Shown one piece after another: positions 37,445 to 53,489 of a DNA stretch of 64,000 bases. Both the position numbers and the translations under genes were made by a program. The stretch's first letter is position 1; the number at the start of each line of letters is the position of its first letter. Under the pieces are notes generated by a model, which saw only the letters and a list, made by a program, of their open reading frames with translations, did not search any database and was not told the DNA's origin. The DNA lies in assembly GCA_964016885.1 (NCBI GenBank), contig OZ024743.1, positions 251,100,001 through 251,164,000 on the forward strand, read 5' to 3'. This DNA is from Eledone cirrhosa (Eukaryota).

Positions 37445-37650
37445 TCTGCTATAGGCATAAAGCCAAAAATATGGGGGGAGGGGAAAGTTGCTTAAATCGA
37501 CACCAGTGCATTGGTGGTGTTATATTTTATCGACCCCATAAGGATGAAAGGTAAAGCTACTTGGACAAGATTTTAGTTAGAACGTAAAGGGCCATAACTC
37601 TATGCTGCAAAGCATGGTGTCTGACCCTCTATTAATATAGCCAATCCAAA
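37445..37650 (-). mobile_element. Degenerate SINE family S2
   Basis: TTTTATCGACCCC..AGGATGAAAGGTAAAG...AGAACGTAAAG, homologous to 8520-8723. Confidence 0.6.
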
Positions 37651-37873
37651 GCAATCATAATAGAATTTAAAATGTTTTGCACAATTAGCAAATATTGATT
37701 GAGGAAACTTTACACTCTCAATCTAACTGGAATAGAACTGCATAATTTTGAAATACTGCAGATATGTTGAACACATCAGCTGCCTAACTGAGATAGAACT
37801 ACTGCAGATCTAATGAACTCAGTTGCGCAACTGGGATAGAACTGTGATTTCAAACTATTGTAGATCTATTGTA

Positions 37874-38283
37874 TGAGAGGGCCTCAAATATTTTGTGGAA
37901 AAAGTACATAGCTAAGAGATTTTGATCTCAATGCACTTTTATGCTCTCATACTAATATGTCATAACATGAAACCTTAAATGCTCTGGAGCAAGTTTATGG
38001 GGACAATGGTCCAAAGAAATCAACAATCTGTAAATGGGTAAGTCGTTTTAGAAGTGGAAGAGATGAGGTTGAAGATGATCCCCAGTTGGAGATGTAAAAA
38101 AAGTTGCTTTGACATGGTTTAAATAGCATGGACCTTAGTTTTACACAGATGGACGTAAAGATTGGTATCAACGCTTGCTGAAGTGTATTGACCTAGATGA
38201 AGCATGTGATGAAAGATAAACATCATAACCTAAACTCTTTTTTCCAACTGTCCTTTTTCCACGAAATTTTTGAAGCTGCCTAA
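37874..38283 (+). mobile_element. Internally deleted mariner, HSMAR2/irritans-like
   Basis: Imperfect TIRs (..GCCTCAAATATTTTGTGGAAAAAG / CTTTTTCCACGAAATTTTTGAAGC..). ALEQVYGDNGPKKSTICKWVSRFRSGRDEVEDDP joined to ..DGRKDWYQRLLKCIDLD..*. Confidence 0.75.
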
Positions 38284-41200
38284 TTGGAATAGAACGGTTT
38301 CAATCAACAGAAATTAATGTACAAGTTATTGAGCATTCACAGACACTTGTGCCCCTTAACATAGTTCACAGGGAGATTCGATGTGGATACTATGTGTTGA
38401 CAAGGCTAGCCCCTTTTACATATGCAACTCCACTTTGACACCTGAGTGGACTGGTGCAACATAAATTAAAATGTCTTGATGGACATAGTGCATCCCTGGG
38501 AATCGAACTCATGACCATATGATTATGAGCCAAACACTCTAACAAATAAACCCAGAATCTTAATAGTTTTTTTTTCTTTCTTTTTCTAAGGAATAATTTT
38601 GTGTATGTTTTTCTTTCACCTATTCTTTTCTTTAAGGAAGTTTTTTTTTGTTTTTTGCTTTCATTTCCGACAAGAATAACATTATACTAAGATTTCCTTG
38701 TGCATCCAATTATGACTTGATAAACTTTCCTGCTATTTTTGTTTTCATTATTTCATGTTTTTCTTGATGTCAGCCCTTGTGGCCAATAAAGAAATCATTA
38801 TTTCAATTTTTTGATTTTATATTTTCTTCTTCGTTTTAGTTTTTATTATTTTAATTTATATTTTTATCTGTATTGTTTATACCTTTTATCTATATTTATT
38901 TCTCCTGCTGTCTGTACACACACAAGTATTGTTTATCAAAGTGTCAACATTTAAAACTACTGAATTAACAAAGACAACAAAGTTTTATAAACTTCATTTT
39001 ACCTTCTGGCAGCCTAGTGTTATCTAGTTTTACTACAAATACAACCATTACTAGTAGTAGTAGTTGTAGCAGTTTTCAGGTTCCTTGTTATTGATTTAAG
39101 CATATCTAGTATTTTATTCTGTACTGAAAACTTGTTGACCCTGTGTAATGTCATTGATGTAAACTCAACAAAGTTTTCTTTCATCCTTCAAGCTGATTTC
39201 AACCCCAGAGGAGATGAATTTTCTGCTATTTTATGTCAATTCTGCGAATATTTTTCATTTTGCACGTCTTTGATTTCTTTTCCAATAATCTCCCCTCAGA
39301 TTTTATTTGAAGCTTCAAACTCTTCTGCTTGAAGAATTTAGTGATACAAACTACTAATATCTCTAGTGATACTAACTACTAATATTTCTAGAAGTTACTT
39401 GGTGCTCGTGGTGGAATAGAATACATTTAAAGGGTCGAAATGACTCTTCAGCTGTGTCAAAGATATGACATCTTCTCTAGTGTAGAGTGTGAGATCAGAT
39501 GTCAAGTCTCTGATGCCATTGAAGCTATTAGTCTATGAGAACCTGGATGTCAGTGGTTCTGCTTAAGCACTGACCATTCTGAGACATGTCTAGCCCTTGC
39601 TGGCAGCGAAAAATGGATGTTAAATGATAATGATGAGGGTGATGAAATTCCAACAATTCTTTAATTTAAGGTTTTCTTTGTTGGGCGTGAAGGCTATCAT
39701 AGGCCTCCGAAAGGCTAACCCATGCTAAAGTGGTTGGCATTAGGAAGGGCATTCAGACATACAAACCATGCTAAAAATGGAGCATATGAGCAAAACATGG
39801 TCCTTTTAACTGTTATCATGGATGGAAATAGCCCAGGTGGTTAGAGTTTGAGTTCACAATCAATAAGATCATGGGTTCAATTCTAAGATCTGGTCATCTG
39901 TTGTATTCATTCTTGAGAATGATGCTTCAGTTCATGTTACTATTCTTGATATGGCTGGGTGGGTGTGAGGAAAGCTCTATCATTAAAGCACCCAAGAAAC
40001 TTTCTATGAGAAATATCTTTGTAGGTGGCCAGCCAAACCTGTATCCTTAACAGTGATGATGGTGAAGTCGGTGATGTTTGTGGCAGTGGTGATGTTGGTG
40101 GTAGTAATGATGATGACGTTGGTAACAGTGATGATGGTGACTTTGGTTGCAATGATGGGGGTGGTGGTGGTTGGTGGTGGTAGTGTTGTATTCTTTTTCA
40201 TGTTGCCTTTCGTTGAAGCCCCCAAGAAACCTATGTTATACAACTTTGTAGGAGACCAGCTTAAACATTCAGAAGTGTCAACAGTAAATTTCACTTTTAA
40301 AAAATTTCATTCATTACCTGCATTAAAAAAATGGATCCACTAAATCTCTTTATGACACGACTCCAGCCTTGTTACTGTCTAATGAATGAAAACAGTAAAT
40401 AAATGAATACAAAAAGAAATATAAGAATAACAGAATTGCAAAGCATTTCAAATATATTGCAAGTCAAATATATTCATGTGTAAGAAAAGATTTGGAAAGA
40501 ATCTCAAGATAGGTCAGATGTGTCAACATTTAAAACAAAATATATCAGACACTGAATAAAGTTAAAAACAAAGACTATGTTAACTCCAGATGGATCATAT
40601 GCCATTTAATTACATTTTAATACAAACAGGTAACAGGTAATATAGAATCTTTTCTATACTCTTATGGAAAGTACCTGGAAATTCTATGGCCATATGTATT
40701 TCAATGTAAAATATAGCAACCAGAAAAAGAGACAGTGTGAGAGAGGATATCTTGAAGCAGGTCTTTAAAAAACTACCAAGACTAATGGTGCGCTATATTG
40801 TTAAAGATCGACCAGTACATTAAATCTACAAAAATATTCAACTACAAACTTTTAGTTGCTTTATCATTGTCCTTGTTTTCATTTTTTTCTTCTCACTTTC
40901 GCTTCTTTTTCCTCTTGGAGTCCTTAATTTATTTTTCCTCTCTCTTGTTGCATTTTTAATATAAGGGGTATTAAATACCTTTCCTAGTCTGTCATGGCTT
41001 ACTATTTCTATACGGACGTTGAAATTGATTGATTAAATAAATAAATAAATAAATAATGATTGCAGAATGAAGGGCAGATGAGTTATGGTGTAACAATAGC
41101 GCCATAATTTCCACTAGATACATCATATTCTGATTTATAAATCTAGTGGAGATAGTGAATAGCTTTATAATTCAATATTAACATGTCAGTATATAGACAC

Positions 41201-41458
41201 AAACTGCTGGGCCATTGTATATCATTCCAATAATAATATATGTATACATGTATGTATGTGTATATATATATATATATATATGTATTTGTGTGTAAATATG
41301 TGTATATATATATATATATATACATGTATATATGTATTTGTGTGTAAATATGTAAATATATATATATATGTGTATATATATATATCTATATATATATATG
41401 TGTATATATATATATCTATATATATATATATGTATATTTATATATATATATATATGTA

Positions 41459-41501
<43 letters not shown>

Positions 41502-43204
41502 GTATATATATATAAAACAATATTTCACTCTGTATATCATCATTATAGGGCATGGTCAAGATACTACACAATTATAGCATAAATATTGCATTTATATATT
41601 GTTATATATTATAATAGACAGGGAGGGAGGGGGTAAAATAAATATGGTCATTGATTGAATAGTAGTAATGGTGGTGGTGGTGGTGCTTGTGATGTGTTGG
41701 TGGTGATTGTGTTGGTATTATTGGTGGTTGTGATGTTGGTTGTAGTGTTGGTAAGCCTTGGTGTATTCTGGTAATGCAATTCTTTGTCTTCTATCTGTAA
41801 GATTTTTAATAGAATATAGTGGTGGCATGGTGCATCACAACAGTGATAACATAAGGGAATTAACTTTGAAGTTAGATTTCATATAGGTATGTATGTGTTC
41901 ATATACACACACACACACACACAAGCATGTGTATGTATACACATTGACACATATATGTATCTCTATATATATCTCTCCTAATGTGTGTATATATATATAT
42001 AAAACCATAGAATGGATGTTTATAATATTTATGATATCTGTTGAAAAGATATGTGTATGCACATACACATGTGTATATATATATATTTATTTACACACGC
42101 ACATATATATATACACATATATGCATGTGTACATATATGCACTCACATACACACACATACATAATTGAAGTGATGTCCCTATCATCCTTAAAAGGTTCAC
42201 AGAAGGTCAGCTAGTGCTTCATTTGATGTCTTTTGACATAATTATTGACTTAAATCTTCAACAGAAACATCAGTTTTCCGTTTACCAATGGTAATATTCC
42301 TCCAAAGACTTTTGTATCTTTGTTTCTCTGATGGCTGGATCAACAGACACATGTCAAGATATGTGTAAACAAACACATCTTCATTGTATTTCAAGTGAAA
42401 AGTTCCAATCACTGGCTAGGCAGTGTGTCATTCTTCTTCTTATTTTACTAGTTTTCAGTCATTCGACTGCAGACATCATGGGACACTGTCTTGATTTAGT
42501 GGACCATATCCATACCAATATTCTTTTACTGGCTTCAGTCATTGAATTGCAGCCATGGTAAGCATTACCTTGATGTAGTTGATCATATCATTCACTGTAA
42601 TAAATTTTATTTCATGTTTGGTACATAGTTTACTGTTTTCAGTTATCTGACTGTAGCAATCCAGGGGTACCATTTTGATGTAGTCTAATGTTCAGAATAC
42701 TTACATTTTTTCATGTTTGGTACTTAGTTTACTGTTTTCAGTCATTAACTATCTCAATATTAAGTTGGTGTTTAGAACTTAACAAACGGTTATATAAAAT
42801 TATGTTGGAAGATTTTAGATAAATATAAACATTTTAAAATAAATAGCTTTGTATCATAGAATTAAAGGTGGTTCAGTAATAAAAAAGGTTAAAGAATAAA
42901 TTGCTGAGATGGTGGAAGTAGGTTAACCCTTTCAAGACTATATTCTTAACGAAAGACACAGCCTACAATTTTCAAGAAATGTTTAAAATTATCAGAGATA
43001 TTGGGAATTTAGTATTATAACTTTCTCATTATTTAAACATGCAGGTAGTGTATTTAACCTTTTTGATAGCAACCATCCCAAACCACCTCTATTTCTATGG
43101 AATAAAACCATCTAATTAAAAGGTTCCTATTTAAATTAAAATCTTCCTACATAATTTTAAATAAACGCTTTTTTGTTAATTACCAGCTTAATAATGTTTT
43201 CTAA

Positions 43205-43415
43205 TTTTGGCAAAGGCCAGCTATTTAAGTGAAATGAAAATCAATTGTATCAAACCCAATACTCAACTGACTACTTCATTTTATCAACCACAGAAGGCAA
43301 CCACAGAATGCAAAGTTCACTTTGAGGGGATTTGAACTCAGAACATAAAAGGCCATAACTAAATATTTAAAAACATTTTTCTTAATGCTCTAACAATTCT
43401 GCCAATCCACCACCC
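43205..43415 (-). mobile_element. Degenerate SINE family S2
   Basis: GATTTGAACTCAGAAC (B box complement) and CTAACAATTCTGCCA (A box complement). Confidence 0.6.
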
Positions 43416-43937
43416 TAATTTTAATAATTGAAATAATTTTAGGAAATCCCTGAAAGGGTTGTTCTTGTAGCAGCTTTTGATTACAACTTATGAAGCAGTT
43501 ACATACTTAGAGACTCTAACGCTGTCGGTGAGTTTTCGATTTCCACTGCCATGTCGGCCTGTGCATTCATGCCTACTGCCAGCTGCTCAAATGTTCATCA
43601 GTGTATTTTATCAGAAATGTGGTCACAAAAGGGTTAATTAGAAATATGGTAATGAAAGTGTTAAACAAGAAATACCCATATGGCTCCAGTTTGGCTCCAA
43701 TTATCCCTATTTTGACAAGAAAGAGATAAATATTATGTCTATTTAAAGTGTCAGATTTTTTTCCTGTCGTGATGCTGAGGAACTGTTGGTGGTGGCTGTT
43801 GTTAGCAGAGAGGAAAATAAAAATATAAGATTTTATCAATACATGTGTGTGTGTCAGTGTACTTGTGTATATGTATGAGTGAGTGCATGTTTGTGTGCAT
43901 ATGTGTTGGTGAATATCTTTCTGTATATATATATATT

Positions 43938-43982
<45 letters not shown>

Positions 43983-44339
43983 ATTATATATATATATAGC
44001 TAGATAGATGTAGGATGCTCAAGTACAGAGAATTTGTAATTACAGAACATTTGAACTTATGAAGCATTGAGGGAATAAATTTATAGATGTAGGATGCTCT
44101 ATTGCAGAAAATAACTTCAATTATAATTAGTTGTTATAAAATAGCTTATAAAAGTTAGATAAAGACCCTTAGAGACAGAAAAAATGTTGCTAGTGGCTTC
44201 TACAAAGAATTGAACTCCATTCTCTCAGATACTGGCTGAGTGCCCTCATCAGGGACCTCTAACAACATCTTGCTTTTTGAAAATGTAAACAAATTTTAAC
44301 TTAGAAAACACTGAGGGAAACAATTTATAGAAGATAATA

Positions 44340-44674
44340 GAGGCACATGGCTTAGTAGTTAGAGCATTGGCCTTGCAATCAAAAGGTTGTGAGTTCAATT
44401 CTCAGACCGGGTGATGTGTTGTTTCCTTGAGCAAGACACTTTATTTCACATTACTCCAGTTTACTCAGCTGTAGAAATGAGATGATAGGGACTGGGGCCC
44501 ATATCATTCCACTGCAACGTGGAGGTGCCATGGCAAAAAAGCACCCAGCACTCACTGTAAATGAGGTTGGTGTTAGGAAGGGCATCCAGCTGTAGAAATC
44601 AAGCCAGAATCAGTTCCCGTCCCACCCTTGCAAGCAGAGAAAAACGGACATAAAATGATGATGATGATGATGAT
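44340..44674 (+). mobile_element. SINE family S1
   Basis: Near-identical to 2952-3298. Confidence 0.9.
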
Positions 44675-45224
44675 AGGATGATCAAGCACAGAAAATAACT
44701 ACAATTACTATTACATACACACACAAAGGTGTTGGATTCAGCTCCTTAACTCTTTAGCATTTGCATTACTCTATATGCACTATTGCATTTTCACATTAAA
44801 CACTTTATCTCACATAATTATCCCACGTAATATCAAATCTACGAGATTTTGATATTATTCATTTTGAGAACAATACTTTAACATAAGTATCAGCAGCCAG
44901 TTATGGGTGGTTTGAACAGAAAGAGGTGAGAGAATTCTGGCCGGATGGTAAGGTGTTATTAGAGCTCCCTTAGCTTAATGATAAAAGCACTTATATAGTA
45001 TCTGAGAGATATGGAGATTGATCTTTCGTAGTGGTCACTGACAATATATTTTTTTGTCTCTGAGGATCTTTACCTGATCTTTTAAAGCTATTTTATAGCG
45101 ACTTACTGTAATTGTAATTATTTTCTGTTCTTGAGCATCCAGCATCTATAAATTTATTTCCTCAGCAGTTCATAAGTTTCATTGTTTGAGCTTCACACAC
45201 AATATTTGTTAACAAATATGTATG

Positions 45225-45259
<35 letters not shown>

Positions 45260-45333
45260 TTATATATATATATCTTTATATGTATGTATATATATATATA
45301 TATATATATATCTTTATATATATATATATATAT

Positions 45334-45369
<36 letters not shown>

Positions 45370-47859
45370 TTATATATATATATCTTTGTAAATGTGGTTG
45401 GTGTTAGGAAGGGCATCCAGCTGTAGAAAACCCGCCAGACAGTCCTATGCGAGCAAGACAATCACTCTTGCCTCAAGTGGGAAAACTCCCGTCCAAACCC
45501 ATGCAAGCAGGGAACACGGACGTTAAACGATGATGATGATTATATATATATATATATATATCTTTATATATATATATCTTTATATATATATATATATATA
45601 TATTTGCATACACCACAATGTACACCAACATAAAATATATGCATGGCTCATGTGTGTATGGTGTGTGTGAAGGTCTGCATGTGGCTGTATGAGTGACTGT
45701 GTTAGTGTGTGCATGTGTATATTTCTTTTTGTATGTATGTGTGTATGTGTGTGATTGTATTTGTCTGTTTCTGTCTATGAGAGTATGTGTGTCTCTCTTT
45801 GTAAGTGTGTGTGTGTGCATGTATCTCTCTCTCTCTGTGTCGGTGTTTTCTAATATAAGGTCATGATTTTGACAGACATATATCAAAACATTTAACATGT
45901 TTCAAAATACCTCCAAACTGTGTTAAATGAAATAGAAAAAGAAAATAAGCCAAGATCCTTGTATGCTCTATCTGATGTTTGTATTATCTCTTTGGACATT
46001 TTCTGAAAAGATAAAAATTTATAATCATGCCATCTTCATCATTAACCCCCCTGCTACACCTCTTCTTCCCGCTCCATTTCCTCTCCCTCCCCTTCCTCCT
46101 TCCTCCCCTTCCTCCTTCCCTTCCTCCCTCCTGATCCTCCTCCTACCTCCATCTCCTTCCTCCCTCTTCTTCCTCTCCTCTACCCCCTCTTCTTTCCCCT
46201 AAGAATCATTATAATTATTGTCTTCATCAGTCCTCTCTATCATCTGTACAATATTGTGGAAATGAAAAACTATATTTTCACAACTACACCAATGGGCTTA
46301 CTTTATTTCGATAATATTGTACAGTGTAGAATATCTTTTGGTATAACCCAATGTAATTAGGATTGCCAACAACTACAGCAACAACAACTGCAACATCCAT
46401 ATGAAATTGTAGTGGATATGGATGAGGTGGGGATGAATGTAGCAAATACACAAAAAATAAAAAATAAACATTCTTCATGAAATGTTGGCTTTATTCCCAA
46501 AATCTTTACCTTAAATTGTGTTAGATTTCCATTTTTTTGACAATATACAGGCAAAGGCCTTCTGCAAAATTTATTAAATATAGTTTATGAAAGTATTTGG
46601 TTTGTGGTACCATAGTTACCATTTTACACCATGTCATACTCTTGCTTGTCTTCAAAGATGCCAGAAAATAGCTGAAATAGTCATTCAATATGCTAGATTG
46701 CTTAACCCTTTAGCATTTAAACCAGCCAGAATTCTCTCACCTCTGTTCAAACTGACTGTAACCAGCTGCTGATAGTGATGTTAAGGTATTGTTCTCAAAA
46801 TAAATAACATCAAAATCTCATAGATTCAATATTATGTGAAATAAAGCCTTGACCATGAAAATATAACAGTATATATGGAGTAATGTAAATTCTAAAGGCT
46901 TAACCCTCTTTGTGTCAGCCTGCCAGAGACTACTCCTGGGTCTATGATTAAAAAAAGAAAATTTAATTCTAAATTGTTGCCATTTACCCCTTCAATTACG
47001 ATGTTTCTAATAAAATATACTACCTATGTGTTTCAATTAATTTTGAAATTAATCAAATATTTTGAGGAATTTAATATAATAACTTTTTCATTAGTAAGAT
47101 GATATTTAGAATATTACTTAATGAAAGTTTCTTAAATAAAATTATGATGGAAGGATTTAATATAAGGATAAACATAATAAAATGGGCAGTTCTATACCAA
47201 AATTCCTAGGCGATTTCAGATGGTTTAGTATCAAGAGTTAAAATAAAAACTTCCATGATAATTCTATGTGAGAAACTTTTCTTAATCTTTTTAATATCAT
47301 ACTGTATGAAACTAAACCTGGTTCTATGAAAAAGACTATTTAATTCAAAGTGTCTATATTTATCTAAAAACCTTTCATCATAAATTTATTTAAAATCCTT
47401 TATGTTCCAAACACCAGCTGAATAATGACAAACTTAGTTACTAAATTCTTGCAAATTCTCCATGATTTTCAAAATTATTTGAAAATCATAGGCAGTGACT
47501 TTCATTAGAAATTTGGACGATGATGATGGTGACAATAGTAACAATCATGAAGATGGTGGGGAGGATGATAAGAATATTAACAATGATGGTGATGATAATG
47601 TAGCTGATAAACATATTATTGACAATGACAATGATGTTGATGATGATGAGGTGGAGTAGGGTAGATGATGATAAAGTAGGATCTACATAAAAAAGCATGT
47701 CTTTCATCCAACCACTTTTGATGTCAAGTGAAATCTGGAAGTAACTAAGCTATCATGAATATATATATATGTTTATGTGAGTGTATATATATTTGTGTGT
47801 GTGTGTATATATATATTTGTGTGTGTGTGTATATATTTTTATGTATATGTGTGTGTGTA

Positions 47860-48835
<976 letters not shown>

Positions 48836-49471
48836 GGAGAGAGAGATGCCTATATATGCTTATATATACACATGTGCATATACATCGGAAGAATATATAT
48901 ATGCAAAAATTAGGACATTTTTAGGGAATTTACATGTTTTTAAAGGCCAAACACAAAGAGAAGGAAGAAGAAGAAGAAGATATGTGTAATTGGTGCTAAA
49001 ATTATAACTACAATAGCAGGAAGTGTGTGTGTAATACTTGGTAAGATGCATATCTGCTATGTAGTAGAGATATGCATCTAGAAGGACTGCATCTGAAATG
49101 GGAGGAATTAGCTAAAGTACACAGCAGACTGCATCATTGGAATATATTAATGTTTATCAAGTCAGAAAACATTGCAGAGATAGATATCATATAGAAGATT
49201 AGCGATATAACTTTGTTGATCTGTTATCATGTGTGTTGGTGTGTGCATGGATGGGAGATGGAGAGGTGTGCAAGGGTTTGGAGGTTTGAGTGTGTTTATG
49301 ACGGGATGTGTGTTTGCATGTATGCATGAATGTATTTGTATGTATGTGTATATATATATATATATGTATATATGTATAGATATGTGGGTTTGTTGGGGTG
49401 TTTGTGGGCTGGTATGTGGGAGAGGTGTGTATGTGTGTTTTCATTAATGTGTGACTGTGTATGTGCATCTC

Positions 49472-49503
<32 letters not shown>

Positions 49504-49946
49504 CATATACAGATATGTATGCATACATACACACCTACACACAGTCACACATCAATGAAAACTTCCCCATCCCCATGTATGTGTGGTGTGTGCATTATGT
49601 ATGACTGTATGTATGTTCCTTATATAAAGCATGTGTGAGTTTTTACACTGTTGTTTCTGTGAAGTGTGTTAAGCTTGTTGTACAGTGTTTCATATTTGGA
49701 CTTTAAATTCGTTTATCTGTGTTGCCTATTTATTAGTGAGGGTGATAGAGGGAAAGAGAAAATGTGTAATTAGATGGAGACAGAGAGAGGGGTGTGGGGA
49801 AGATAGAAATAGTAATAAATGAGATGGGGAGGGAGAAGGGGGTAGAAAACATGATTATATATGAATGTTCCAACCATTCTTCTAGAAAGTGGATGATAGG
49901 CATTGGAGAAATTGTTGACTAAGTGTCAATGCATTTGTGTGTGTGT

Positions 49947-51100
49947 ATCATCATCATCGTTAAACATCCTTCTTCCATGCTGGCATGGGTTTTGTCCCAC
50001 TTGATGCAAGATTGGTCAGAAGACCGTGTCTCGCTTGTACAGAACTGACCCTGGAAGGTTTTCTATGGCTGGATGCCCTTCTTAACACAGTGTGGACTGG
50101 AAACCTTGTTACCGTGTCTCTTACACGACTGCTTTAAGTGTAGACTGAGCGCTTTTTGTTGTGTCATCTACACAACCGCTTTACAGTGGACGGAAACGGG
50201 AGGATGGAATAGAATGTGGGGGTAGGGTGTATATTAAGGTTAAGAGGTGCCACTGACTGTAGGTTTAAGTTCATATGCAAGGGTAGGGGGATCTTCTGTA
50301 CAACTGCATAGTGCCAAAGATCTCGATCTAGTGACATAGTCTTAGAGAGGTGTAAGTGAGCAAGGTCAGTTTTGTCATCTCGTCCCAGGTTTTTCTTGGT
50401 CTACCCACTCCATAGCTTCCATCAATTTTGATCGCTCTGCACTTTTTTGATACAACTGTCGTCCTTCATATGCCTCACATGTCGACACCAATGCATCTCC
50501 TCTCCAAAACACAACATTTGATACCTCTTATGCTTAGTCTCTCTCTCAATTCATTTATGCTTCGCCATTTGCCCACATCACTATTGCATGCAAGCTTCAT
50601 TTCTTTCTAATCTACACAAGTGTTCAGCACACAACACCCAGGTCTCACTACCATGTTACATTGTTGTTCGTATACAAGCATCATACAATCTACATTTCAC
50701 TTTTAGAGAAAAAACCCTCGTGGTCAACAGCAGTATTTACTCTCTGAACTTTTTCCATCCCGTTTTAATTCTGGCTACTGTACTTTCAGAGCACTCTCCT
50801 CCACTGTTGATTTTGTCACCAGGGTAACGGAAAGTGTCTACAATTTCTATAGAACCATCTGGCAGTTGAAGGAGATAGAATCCAGTGGGCCCTTGATACT
50901 TACTGCACCTGAGCATCTGCCACATATAAAATCTACATTGTTAGATAGCTTACCTGTGATCCCACTACATCTTTTATGTACCCATAGTTTGCATTTCGGG
51001 CATAGAATGGAATTTCTACCTACTCCCTTCTTACAGATTGAGCATGGCTATTTCCCAGGGGGGCACTTGTGTCCTATTCTCCTTTCTACATATTAGAACT
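49947..51100 (-). mobile_element. Degenerate 5'-truncated RTE LINE
   Basis: GSIEIVDTFRYPGDKINSGGECSESTVARIKTGWKKFRE; PHD relic; 3' UTR and (GAT)n tail. Confidence 0.88.
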
Positions 51101-51101
51101 T

Positions 51102-51136
<35 letters not shown>

Positions 51137-53080
51137 CACACACACACACATATATATGTGTGTGTTTGTGAGAGAGGTTGATAAAAGATTACCAATCCAG
51201 TACTGGGGTCACTTCTTTATATATTCTTTTCGCTCTCTTTCTCCTTCTCTGGAGATGGGCTCCACCAGGTTTAAATGACCATAGACATGCCATATGTCAA
51301 GATGTCACCCTGGGGTTAATGTGTGGATAGGTTTCGCTACATACACACACATATATATATGTAAAAATCTTATAACTTTTTCAAAGTGCTGGTCTGCTTG
51401 TCACTTTTTCCATTTCTAGGGGTATTTTACTTGCTTTTCTTAGCTATTATTTATAGCTATCAACTGTTGTTGTTTATTTTCTGCATTTGGGATTCCCACA
51501 TTTTCATATATTTACACACACACAATCCACCCAACAGGCATCTACACAGTTTCCATCTACCCAATTTCACTTACAAGGTTTGTGTAAAAGACACTTGTCC
51601 AAGATGCCATGTAGTGAGATTGAACCCGGAACCTTATGATTGTGAAGCTGACTTCTTAACTACTGCATCCATAAGTGTGGCTGGTGTAGCTTGTATAATT
51701 CTAAGTCAGTATTAGTGGTGATACCATTTTGTATCGAATGTATGTTTGGTGTAGCTTGTATAAGTTTGAGTGCTATATATAATTTAATGGTACCACTCTA
51801 TTAATTAGAATCAGGGATTTCTCCAAGGGAAACATAACCAGTCCTTTGAAAAGAGAGAATTTTTGTGTGGTAATTATATTTTAATTATAACCAATTATAA
51901 TTAATTAGGCCTTAGTATTCAGCCCCTAAATGTGATTTGTGTCTGTTAATATTGTAACGTATCTTGGACTAAGGTTAAACATCAGTTAATATATGACTTT
52001 AATTTGTGTTAATTAACATCTAATCTTTCATTAGTATTCAGGTAGTATCTAATTTAAACAATCATTAGATTTATGAGTCAACAAGGAAGTCCGTCCATGT
52101 TCACTCAATCTGCTAGAAATAGCACCCAAATCTTCCTTAAATCCCAGTTACCCCATCTTTATGTAAAAAAGAACGCACATTGCATAATGTAGTTCTAGCT
52201 ACAAGTACTGATCATAAAAAATGACAGGGCTAACCAACAACAACAACAATAGCTATCATTGGATATAATTATTGTGTGGCTATGTTTAAGTTTGGAAGGG
52301 TGGTTAAGAAGCCATGAAGTTCTGAGTGGGAACCCAGTGCATGACATCTTGAACACGAGTTGATCCAAGGATTGAAGATGAAAGTTGGTAGATGGAAACA
52401 ATTTGAAAGCCTGTCAGATAGATTGTACCTGTAATATAAAGAGGCCAGTCATGTTTACACTGTGTCCCATTGAATATTTCTGAGAATTATGTTAATGGTA
52501 CATGTCTGGAATACTCAACCATTTACATGTTAATTTAACATGTAGGGGTAGTGGATTGATGGTGATGATGGTGATAATGATGGTGATGATGTTAGTGATA
52601 CTGATGATGATAATGATGGTGATGATGAGGGATATGATATTAATGAGGATGATGGTGGTGTTGATACACCTGTGAAGGTTTGCCTCTTATGTGGTAGCAT
52701 GCCATGGTAGGTTTCTTTAGGTGTTTTAATGATAGAAGCTGCAATTCTATTGTTACAATTTTTTCTAATTACAAACTTTAAAAAACTAAGTACTAGGGTT
52801 CATATATTCAGCTAAATCCCTTAAAGGCATTGCCCAAGCATGGCCACAAGCTAAATGACTGAAACAAAAGAATGAAAAATATATACATATACACATATAT
52901 CATTAAGAATTTTAAAACAATGTTAAAGTAGGAATTAATCTTGTGGGGCCCGATATAGTGATGATGGCACCTTTTTTGAGGCAATGTTTTACAGTCAGAT
53001 GTCCTTCTTGGCACTAACCCTTTTAGTTACTTCTTAGGGCTTGCAGTGATATGGTGTCCCTATTCTGATTCAGATACACA

Positions 53081-53463
53081 TCATCATCATTATTTTACGT
53101 CCGCTTTTTCCTGCTTGCAAGGGTGGGACGGGAACTGATTCTGGCTTGAATTCTACAGCTGGATGCCCTTCCTAACACCAACCTCATTTACAGTGAGTGC
53201 TGGGTGCTTTTTTTCCGTGACGCCTACACGTCTACTTTACAGTGAGTGCTGGGTGCTTTTTTGCCATGGCCCCTCCATGACCACTTTGCAGTGGAATGAT
53301 AGGGACTCCAGTCCTATCATCTCATTTCTACAGCTGAGTAAACTGGAGCAATGTGAAATAAAGTGTCTTGGTCAAGGAAACAACACATCACCCGGTCTGA
53401 GAATTGAACTCACAACCTTTCGATTGCAAGGCCAATGCTCTAACCACTAAGCCATGTGCCTCC
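53081..53463 (-). mobile_element. SINE family S1 with internal duplication of the tail module
   Basis: Reverse complement of S1. Candidate TSD ATACACA (53074-80 and 53464-70). Confidence 0.9.
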
Positions 53464-53489
53464 ATACACAAGATGTTATTTGTATGGGT

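Noticed and set aside
39085-39340. Minus-strand frame interrupted only by TGA (alternative code or selenocysteine?)
   Set aside because: No recognisable homology; a few TGA stops are expected by chance or decay.
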